Positions 19,399 to 27,561 of a stretch of DNA of 42,052 bases are shown one piece after another; position 1 is the stretch's first letter, and each line of letters begins with the position of its first letter. Both the position numbers and the translations under genes were made by a program. The notes under the pieces were generated by a model. That model was not told where the DNA came from. It ran no database searches and worked only from the letters and a program-made list of their open reading frames with translations. Source of the stretch: Promethearchaeota archaeon Loki_b31 (lineage in GTDB: Archaea > Asgardarchaeota > Lokiarchaeia > Sigyniarchaeales > SOKP01); NCBI GenBank assembly GCA_005222975.1, contig NJBI01000031.1:1-42052 (forward strand). Reading direction: 5' to 3'.

Positions 19399-20466
19399 AT
19401 GTCGGATAATCCTAAAACAATAAACTCTCAAGACGATGACCAAAGAGATGCTCAATTAAATTTGGAAATTAACGAGAAGCAAAAAGAAGTAATAGAAAAG
19501 GATTTTGTACCTCACTTTCTACCTACATACAGAATTAAATCTTTATTATACCCCTTACCTATTGTAATAGTTATTGTTTTTGCCGCTATTTTAGCCTATC
19601 TCACATTTTTTGTTGCGGGTATTCAGATTGAAGAAAGCTACTTCTCTGAAGACGAATTTGGTGCCTTGGGCGTCGTATTGAATGGAGCTATTTTCACTAT
19701 AGTGGCAGTAGTTTCAGCGTTTGTTATAGTCTTTTTTATAAAAAAATTTGGAATAGGCGTTTTAAAATACATTTTTGGACTGAGTTTTGCTTTTATAAGT
19801 TTCTTTATGACTCTATTGTTTTCTGAGGTAATTATATATTTAATCTTTGTTCAATTTCCTGAAACTACCTTCGTTTTGAAACTTTATTTTCTATTTATTA
19901 ATGTCTACTTACCAATACTGACGGCAATTTTAGTCTTTTTACTACTTTACAAATACTTTACTTCAAAATCAATTAATACAAAAAACTTAATCGTTTTATA
20001 CGTCAGCTTATTAATTAGTGCTTCGATGAGTATTATTTTGCCCTTTTGGAGCACATTAGCTATATTAATTGGCATCTCGCTTTGGGATATCTTTGGCGTT
20101 CTTTATAAACATGGTCCAATTAAAGCTATGATAGATATAGCTTCCCAAAATGACGATGAAAATAGCTTAACAAAAGCAGAAACAAAAGAAAAAATTAAAA
20201 ACGGTGAGATGATCTACGATACCTCTAAACTAGAGATTGGTATCGGAGATTTGGCTTTTTACAGTTTACTTACTTCCAGCGTCCTTATTTATTCAAATAA
20301 CATAATAATTATGATTTTAACCACAGTTGCAATTCTGATCGGAACAGGAATTACAATATCGGGATTAAAAAGAAATAAAATTTTGCCTGGGCTCCCAATT
20401 TCTATTTTCTTAGGCATAGGTGCTTTTTTCCTGTCTCAATTTGTAATAAATATCTTTTTTATATGA
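19399..20466 (+). CDS. Presenilin-family GxGD intramembrane aspartyl protease
   Basis: About 9 hydrophobic segments; [10 protein letters not shown] (catalytic Asp 1), [11 protein letters not shown] (Asp 2), LPGLPISI (PAL motif). Confidence 0.92.
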   Translation: [355 protein letters not shown]

Positions 20467-20529
20467 TTTTCGATTTCCTATATAATGGATTGATAAATTA
20501 TGTTCTTCATTAATTAAAAATTCAAAAAA

Positions 20530-21732
20530 TTGAAAGAAATAATGGTTGATTTAAGTCTTATTAAAACTTTTACGGTTGTTGGTGCGGGAACCATGGGGAG
20601 AGAAATAGCTCAAGTTGCTTTAATGTCAGATATGTTTGATAGGGTTATTTTAAACGATATTAACGAAAATGCTCTAAATAACGCGAAAAAATATATTAAA
20701 CTTGGTATAGAAAAAATTGAATCTAAAGGAAAGTTAGGCCAAGGATTAACCACGCTCTCTCTAATTAAAAACCTCATTATTGATAAAAGTCTAATTAGTT
20801 CTATTAAAGAAGCAGATTTTATCGTAGAAGCGATACCCGAAGTAATGGAATTAAAACAAGATTTATTCAAAGAATTAGGACAATACGCGCCAGAACATAC
20901 TGTATTAGCAACAAATACGTCAACGATGAGCATTTCTAAAATCGCCGAAGCGTCAAGCAGGCCCGAACAAGTAATTGGGATGCATTTTTTTACGCCTATT
21001 CCGTTACTCCGATTAATTGAATTAATTAAAGGAGAAAAAACATCTCAAAAAGCGTTTAACTTGGGTGTAGCAATTGGTCAAAAGCTACCAGCGCTCAAAG
21101 GCAAAAGATATATCGCAAAAATAGAAAAGGAAAGTCCAGGCTTTATTGTAAACCGCTTAACCATTGCGACAAGTCTCCTTTTTAATTGGATTTTAGATAT
21201 GGCTACGGATAAAGGAATACCTTACGAAAAAATTGACAGTGATTTTGTATCTTCCCCTGAATTAGGTCCCTTAGCTAAATGGGATTACTTAGGTTTGGAT
21301 GTTGTTTGCGATGTTATGAATTATTTTGTTAAAGAGATATCACCAGAGTTTGCCCCCGGTAAAACGCTCACAAATCTTCTTAAAGCGGGTAATTTGGGGA
21401 GAAAATCGGGAAAAGGTATTTATGAGTGGTTTGAAGGAAAGCCAAAAATTAGCTCTCATGAAAAAGCAGGACTATTTAGTCCAGAACACTATTACGCAAT
21501 CCAATTAAACGAAGGTTGTAGATTATTAGAGGAAAAAATTGTTTCTGGTTATAAAGTAATTGACGACACTATGTTAGCTGGAATGGACATGCCCGGACCT
21601 TTTGGAGCTGGTAAAAAGAATTACGAAAAATGGTCTCAAATGTTAGAAGATATTTCAGAATTAACTGGAATAGCCTATTTTAGACCGTGCAACTTAATGA
21701 AATCTGGAAATTTTCTAAAAATGAGAAAATAA
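20530..21732 (+). CDS. 3-hydroxyacyl-CoA dehydrogenase
   Basis: VVGAGTMG, VEAIPE, ATNTST, GMHFF, PGFIVNR, LGRKSGKGIY, duplicated C-terminal domain. Confidence 0.92.
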   Translation: MKEIMVDLSLIKTFTVVGAGTMGREIAQVALMSDMFDRVILNDINENALNNAKKYIKLGIEKIESKGKLGQGLTTLSLIKNLIIDKSLISSIKEADFIVEAIPEVMELKQDLFKELGQYAPEHTVLATNTSTMSISKIAEASSRPEQVIGMHFFTPIPLLRLIELIKGEKTSQKAFNLGVAIGQKLPALKGKRYIAKIEKESPGFIVNRLTIATSLLFNWILDMATDKGIPYEKIDSDFVSSPELGPLAKWDYLGLDVVCDVMNYFVKEISPEFAPGKTLTNLLKAGNLGRKSGKGIYEWFEGKPKISSHEKAGLFSPEHYYAIQLNEGCRLLEEKIVSGYKVIDDTMLAGMDMPGPFGAGKKNYEKWSQMLEDISELTGIAYFRPCNLMKSGNFLKMRK

Positions 21733-21851
21733 TTTGTCATAAAGCTAAAATTAAGATATTAAAATTTTAAGTAAATAATTTTTCAAGAATAAATATTAAT
21801 TTACAGCATGTATTAACCTAAATAATCGATACAATTATTTCTTCATGAAAA

Positions 21852-22142
21852 ATGAATGAAAAAGATTCAGCTCCTAAAACCGGTTTCCAAAAAATTATAG
21901 ATTTTTTTAACAATAATCTTGAAATGAATCGTCCAATCGCAATCGCTGAAGTAGTTGAGAAAACCGGCTTTTCGTGGAGCTTCGTGAAAAAAACATTAAC
22001 TAAAATAAAAGAAGAATACGATGGATTTCATTTTGAAAAATCAGGAAGCACATGGATTATGTGGAAAGATCGAAATCATATAATAAAGAAATTGGACGAA
22101 ACCTGTTCTCGTTTTTTAAAAGATGATGAAAAGGAATGCTAA
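21852..22142 (+). CDS. Small winged helix-turn-helix protein
   Basis: PIAIAEVVEKTGFSWSFVKKTL (HTH pattern) followed by a beta-hairpin FEKSGSTWIMW. Confidence 0.75.
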   Translation: MNEKDSAPKTGFQKIIDFFNNNLEMNRPIAIAEVVEKTGFSWSFVKKTLTKIKEEYDGFHFEKSGSTWIMWKDRNHIIKKLDETCSRFLKDDEKEC

Positions 22143-22324
22143 ATGGCTTGTTCGATTCTTCATTTCTTACGCTTTCTAAGCATTTTACCCGAGAGGTATA
22201 AAATACAACAATCTGGGCAAATTAGGAAAATGTAGGCGGTAGAAGGAGAAAATTCTTACCTAAAGACTTAACACCTAATAATTTCAATATGTAAAAACTA
22301 TTTCATATTCTAAATTACTAGAGC

Positions 22325-22705
22325 TTACATAATTATGCTATTTACCGAATCTGGGGGATTAGACGAAAAAAAAGACTGGATCAATTCAATGTCGAGTTCG
22401 TTTAATAAGGTGGCGCTCTTACATGAAGCAATTAAGATTCCATAGTGGTTTAACGGTTGTATTAATATTGCCCCATTAGAACAATCAATTAGTATTCGTT
22501 TTAGATTACCAGCTATTATTTCACCAACAAATTGTTTTCCTATCCACCTTAGGGCAGCACATATAGCGGCAATAAGCGTACGATCGGTGTTTTTATCTAC
22601 AAAAGAAGCAATGGGTAAGCCTTCATTACCCACAACTATGATTGCACTAATTCCGATGTTTTTCTTACATACATTTTCTAGGTATTCTTCTAGATTAGAC
22701 ATCAT
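22325..22705 (-). CDS. Roadblock/LAMTOR2 (MglB-like) domain protein
   Basis: GISAIIVVGNEGLPIAS, LIAAICAAL, GNLKRILIDCSNGAILI. Confidence 0.85.
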   Translation of the reverse strand: MMSNLEEYLENVCKKNIGISAIIVVGNEGLPIASFVDKNTDRTLIAAICAALRWIGKQFVGEIIAGNLKRILIDCSNGAILIQPLNHYGILIASCKSATLLNELDIELIQSFFSSNPPDSVNSIIM

Positions 22706-22852
22706 AAATAGGAACTTTGATTTCGGTTAAAAATAATTTTAACAAGAAAATATTAGGAATTTTTAATATATATGTGTTTGCTAAGGGTGTAAAATAAAAA
22801 TTTTGAAATTTTTAAACTTTAATTTATGCGGTTTTGGCCTTAGAAAATAGAG

Positions 22853-22870
22853 AGTGTGAATATTCACACT
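22853..22870. promoter_or_regulatory. Perfect 18-bp palindrome AGTGTGAATATTCACACT, putative transcription-factor operator
   Basis: Exact inverted repeat in the divergent roadblock / FrhB-like intergenic region, just upstream of TATA-like TTTATAT (22874-22880). Confidence 0.55.
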
Positions 22871-22935
22871 AGCTTTATATTTTATGTTCCATTTTATAAA
22901 ACAAATTTTTATCTATAAAAATTATACATATTAAA

Positions 22936-23889
22936 GTGTCTAATTTAATGAAGATTGAAAAATCTAGTCAAGAACTTGAAAATGAAGTAATTTATGCTGG
23001 TTTATGCATTCATTGCGGAAGTTGTAACGCGTTTTGCCCACATATGGATTTTAATGAAGAAACGGGATTAGCTTATGTCGTTGACGAATGTGCTGAGACT
23101 GTTGGTTTGTGCTATAATGCATGCCCACGAAGTTTCCTTCCTATTTCCGAAATTGAACAAAAAATGTTCGGTCAAAATCGCGTTGACTTAGCTGTTGGGG
23201 TATATAAAGATATAATTCAGATTAAATCCAAAAATAAAGATGAGATTTTATACAATTTAGTTTCAGCCGCATTCGACTCTGGAATTGTTAAACATTTTGT
23301 TTTGAGCAAACCTAAAAGTAAAAAACCACCTGTTGCTTTTCCTGTAGTTGTTGATAGCGCAAATGATGCTAAACAATACATTCCTAACAACCCCAATCAA
23401 AACGCTGGGCCCTTAATCACTGGAATTGGAAGAGCTTATTTGGATAGAAAGCGGGATATAGGTATTATAGCGAATCCATGTCATCTTCAAGGCCTTGCAA
23501 AAATTATAACAGGCGATTTTAACACGGGGGCTGAGCGTACTTCCCTAAGGATAGGCTTTGCCTGTTCTTCTGGTGGAATGGCAGGTTGTAAATATTGTAC
23601 TGATTACACTGGAGAGTTTTCTGATATTTCTTATAGTCCATGGGGTGCACCTAAAGGTTCTGGAGAAGCATTTTTGATCGTTAGAACTGATGTAGGCCAA
23701 AAAGTCGTAGATCACGCAATAAAGAAGAAATTAATCGAAGTTACAGATAAAGAACCCGATCTTAGCGAAATGAAAAAGTTCATAAATAAGAAGAGAAAGA
23801 AAAACTTCTTAAATTTGTTAGGTAGAGATTTAATTCTTGCCAAATACTTGCATTTAAACATTGACGAATTTAAGGACTTACTCGAATAA
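22936..23889 (+). CDS. FrhB/FpoF-family (F420 hydrogenase/dehydrogenase beta-like) Fe-S protein, shortened
   Basis: CIHCGSCNAFCP and C...GLCYNACPR ferredoxin motifs, NPCH, GCKYCTDYTGEFSDIS, IVRTDVG. Confidence 0.82.
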   Translation: MSNLMKIEKSSQELENEVIYAGLCIHCGSCNAFCPHMDFNEETGLAYVVDECAETVGLCYNACPRSFLPISEIEQKMFGQNRVDLAVGVYKDIIQIKSKNKDEILYNLVSAAFDSGIVKHFVLSKPKSKKPPVAFPVVVDSANDAKQYIPNNPNQNAGPLITGIGRAYLDRKRDIGIIANPCHLQGLAKIITGDFNTGAERTSLRIGFACSSGGMAGCKYCTDYTGEFSDISYSPWGAPKGSGEAFLIVRTDVGQKVVDHAIKKKLIEVTDKEPDLSEMKKFINKKRKKNFLNLLGRDLILAKYLHLNIDEFKDLLE

Positions 23890-23902
23890 AAATTTGAAGT
23901 AG

Positions 23903-24445
23903 TTAACCCAAACCTATTTTTTTTTGTATTTCTTTTATTAATGTTTCAAATATAATTTTATTATCTTTACCCGATTTTGAGCTCGTTTCAAAAAGATAAG
24001 GAATAGCATGTTCTTTCTGAAACTCCTCAGCTTCTTTTCGCTGAACAGCTCGTCTAGCGTCAGCTAGATCAACTTTTTCTCCAATTAGTATAAACACGGG
24101 GTCTGAAGAATGGTCTTGAACAATATCGTACCATTCTTGAAGGTTCTGGAAACTTGTATATCTAGTAATATCGTAACATAACAGGCAACCGTGAGCACCT
24201 CTTGCATAATTCGGTAAAAAAAATCTGAACCTTTTTTCGCCAGCGAAGTCCCAAATTTGAAGTTTTACTATCAGATTTTCAAATTCCATCTGATAAGTGG
24301 CTAAATCCGTCCCAATAGTGATTTTCATTGGTGTAAAATGCCCCGTAATCAGCCTCTGTATCATGGTGCTTTTACCAACCCCCCCATCTCCTACAACGAC
24401 TACCTTAAAAATATATTTGCGTTTTTGCTCGCTTAATTGCGACAT
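23903..24445 (-). CDS. Rab-like small GTPase
   Basis: G1 GDGGVGKS, TIGTD, KLQIWDFAG, RFR, YARGA, LCYDIT, G4 EKVD, G5 ETSSK. ATG at 24445 (TTG at 24454 is an alternative). Confidence 0.93.
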   Translation of the reverse strand: MSQLSEQKRKYIFKVVVVGDGGVGKSTMIQRLITGHFTPMKITIGTDLATYQMEFENLIVKLQIWDFAGEKRFRFFLPNYARGAHGCLLCYDITRYTSFQNLQEWYDIVQDHSSDPVFILIGEKVDLADARRAVQRKEAEEFQKEHAIPYLFETSSKSGKDNKIIFETLIKEIQKKIGLG

Positions 24446-24533
24446 AATATACAATTATTTGAAATTTAAGTAATTACTATATAGATAAGATTTTAATAAA
24501 TATGATTTTAATAAATTAAAATAATTCTATAAT

Positions 24534-25439
24534 TTATTCTCTAGCTAAATCTCGATTAAATTTTTTATTTATTTTAGTAAGATTTTCGATTATGTTTTTT
24601 CGATTTTCTTCGGGCAATTCTTCCATTAAATTTTCTAAATTAGCTTGAATAATCTTATTCAAATCTTTATAGATAAAGATAAGTAAAAAGCTTGCTACAA
24701 AAGGAGAAATTATAAAAATTAAAAATGATATGACAGATATATTTAATGGTAGTGAACCCTCAATTCCAGTGCCCGGTAAATAATACGAAAATCTTGAAAA
24801 AGTGTTATCAATAAATAAAGTAAAACTTATATTTAAGACATTTAGGAATATGAATGTACTTAAGTTAACAATGCTTACAATTTTAAAACTCTTCAATTTT
24901 AGATGTGATATTACTTTATCTAAATCGCTTTTAAGTGATGTATTGTTTTGAGCTTGCGTACTGAGTTTATTATTATTATTTTTCAACCGAATTACTATTT
25001 TGGAATAATTCCATACATCAATTAGTATCCAATAAAACCCAAAAGTGTAGAGAAAGTTAAAAATTATGTTAAAAAATAGATTATAATATTGAATTAGCTG
25101 TGGATGATAATAAGATTCTGCTCCTATCCAAAACAATAAAATTAATTGGAGTATTGCCGTGAAAAACAATCGATTAGCCTGCTTTTTTTCTAATCCTATG
25201 GGGTTATAAGTAATTAAGGCGCTATTAGACGTGGTCCTCCATTTATTTGTGTTAATTATTCTGAAAAATACCGAATACGCAAACGTGATAATTGGAAATA
25301 ACAGTAGAAATAAATTTTCCCAAGATTGAGCGAGGATAAATAAATATAAAATAATAAAAATTATTATGTCTCTAAGTAAAGACTCGTTAAGTAATTCTCT
25401 TAGAAGTAAATAATTTTCATCAGAATTATTTTCACTCAT
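24534..25439 (-). CDS. Multi-pass membrane hypothetical protein
   Basis: About 6 hydrophobic segments; no catalytic motif recognised. Confidence 0.75.
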   Translation of the reverse strand: MSENNSDENYLLLRELLNESLLRDIIIFIILYLFILAQSWENLFLLLFPIITFAYSVFFRIINTNKWRTTSNSALITYNPIGLEKKQANRLFFTAILQLILLFWIGAESYYHPQLIQYYNLFFNIIFNFLYTFGFYWILIDVWNYSKIVIRLKNNNNKLSTQAQNNTSLKSDLDKVISHLKLKSFKIVSIVNLSTFIFLNVLNISFTLFIDNTFSRFSYYLPGTGIEGSLPLNISVISFLIFIISPFVASFLLIFIYKDLNKIIQANLENLMEELPEENRKNIIENLTKINKKFNRDLARE

Positions 25440-25530
25440 TTTTTAATAAAAATGTTTTAAAAACATATATACTCTATGATATTATTAGTTCTAAATTATA
25501 GATTAACAATAATTACCAAAATATCCTTCG

Positions 25531-27510
25531 GTGTACAAAATAAATTATCTTGATTTCTTTCCTTATGAGCAATTTAGACGCGACCAAGAAGATATCACGA
25601 AAAAAATTGAAAAAGCTTCAATTGAAAAGAAAAATACTTTACTTGCTGCTCCAAATGGTACAGGTAAGACAATAATTGCTTTAAGTGCCTTATTACCTCT
25701 ATCAATACGAAATAATTTAAAAATCATCTATATGTGTCGTACTCACTCTCAGAATACAAGGATTATTAAAGAACTAACGAAAATTTCAAATTTTCTAAAA
25801 AAGAAAACCCCCCAAATCCAAATAAGCGGACTTTCCATTAGGGGAAGGAACGAAATGTGCCTTAACGAAACATTATTATCGTTAAAACTTAAACCAAAAG
25901 AATCGATGTCCGTGTGTGGAGACTTAAGAAAAAATAAAAATTGTAGATATTTTCTAAATTTAAACAAAAAAAGAAGTGAATACGATAACTCTATCGATAT
26001 TGCTCCCGATTTATTAAGTAAACCGGTTGATGCCGAAGAATTAATTAACTTGTGTAAAGATAAAAAATTATGTCCTTATTTTTTGAGCAAATTTCTTCTA
26101 AAAGAAATGAGAATAATTGCATGCAATTACCAGTGGATTTTCAATCCTTTTATACGCGAAAATTTTTTACAATTTATAGATGAAGAGCTTAATAATTGCA
26201 TTTTAGTGCTTGATGAATGCCATAATGTAATTGATATGGCAACAGAAATTAATTCCGATAGAATAACGCCGTATTCACTTAGAATATGTCTAAAGGATTT
26301 AGAAATTTTCCGGTCACCAAGTATTATGCAGAGGTTTGTAAAAGTCCTATTAAGCCATTTAGAAAAGAAGAAAAAGAGTTTAAGTGTGGCAGAAATAGAA
26401 ATTAAAGCAGAAAATTTCTTGCTTCAAGTTTACTCAAGGTTAGGGCTTTCGAACTTAAACGATTTTAAGAATCTCGTTAGGGATTTACATAATTTCAGTG
26501 TTTCAATTCACGACGAAAAGGTTGCAAACGGTGATATTTCAAGAGATTTCGTAGGAGCTATAGCTGAGTTCTGGCTAAAATGGATAAGATGCTATTTACT
26601 GGATAATTTCTTTTTTTGTTATAATCTTAAAAGGGTAAGAGAGAAACCGATAATTTCAATAGAAATTGTTGCGTTAGACCCAAGAGACATTGTTATTCCC
26701 ATTTTAAAGGAGTGTTATACTAGTGTGCATCTTTCTGGGACAGTAAATCCTTATGTTTATAATAATTTAATGGGTTTAAGAGATAGTGGAAAAAGCTATA
26801 AGGGAATCGTTGCGAGTTCACCATTTCAAAAGGAAAACATTAAAGCAATAATTACAGAAGGTGTAGACACGCGTAGAGGGAGTCGAACAGGTCCAATGTT
26901 TAAAAAAATGCTCTCTAAAATTGACGAAGTAATTTATAGCACTCCTGCTAACATAGGTATCTTTTGTGCTTCATATAAAGTTCTAAACGCATTAGTTACG
27001 AATGGTATTGAATCTATAGCTAATAAGAATAAAAAACAATTATTTATCGAGGAACCAGGACTTTCTGCTTCAGAAAATGCCTACTTGGTAAACGATTTTA
27101 AATCAATGGCATCACCCTCTAGTAATGGAGCGATTTTATTGGGCGTATGTGGAGGGCGAAATTCAGAAGGAGAAGATTATCCGGGAGACTATATGAATTC
27201 AGTAATTATCGCTGGATTTCCGTATCATTTACCCACCCCCCGAGTTAATGCAAAAATAGAATATTACGATAAGGTTTTTAATAAACAAGGATGGAATTTC
27301 GCGTACCTATATCCTGCCGTTCAAAGGGCAAACCAAGCTTCTGGCCGTCCTATACGAAAAATAAAAGATAAAGGCGCAATAATATTTATGGATTTCCGTT
27401 TTAAACAAAAGTATAAATGGATTTCTGAATGGGTGAGAAAAGAACTTGAAGTTGTGCCAGATAAGGAAGGTGTTTTAATTAAAAATTTATATCCCTTTTG
27501 GCACAATTAA
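25531..27510 (+). CDS. xpd: XPD/Rad3 family Fe-S DNA helicase
   Basis: Q-motif FPYEQFRRDQ, APNGTGKT, Fe-S cysteines (GRNEMC, VC...C, CPYF), DECH, LSGT, SEGEDY, QASGRPIR. Confidence 0.94.
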   Translation: MYKINYLDFFPYEQFRRDQEDITKKIEKASIEKKNTLLAAPNGTGKTIIALSALLPLSIRNNLKIIYMCRTHSQNTRIIKELTKISNFLKKKTPQIQISGLSIRGRNEMCLNETLLSLKLKPKESMSVCGDLRKNKNCRYFLNLNKKRSEYDNSIDIAPDLLSKPVDAEELINLCKDKKLCPYFLSKFLLKEMRIIACNYQWIFNPFIRENFLQFIDEELNNCILVLDECHNVIDMATEINSDRITPYSLRICLKDLEIFRSPSIMQRFVKVLLSHLEKKKKSLSVAEIEIKAENFLLQVYSRLGLSNLNDFKNLVRDLHNFSVSIHDEKVANGDISRDFVGAIAEFWLKWIRCYLLDNFFFCYNLKRVREKPIISIEIVALDPRDIVIPILKECYTSVHLSGTVNPYVYNNLMGLRDSGKSYKGIVASSPFQKENIKAIITEGVDTRRGSRTGPMFKKMLSKIDEVIYSTPANIGIFCASYKVLNALVTNGIESIANKNKKQLFIEEPGLSASENAYLVNDFKSMASPSSNGAILLGVCGGRNSEGEDYPGDYMNSVIIAGFPYHLPTPRVNAKIEYYDKVFNKQGWNFAYLYPAVQRANQASGRPIRKIKDKGAIIFMDFRFKQKYKWISEWVRKELEVVPDKEGVLIKNLYPFWHN

Positions 27511-27561
27511 AATATTAGAGAGAACCAATTATTTTACATCAATTCAAGAAGTTTAGCACAT

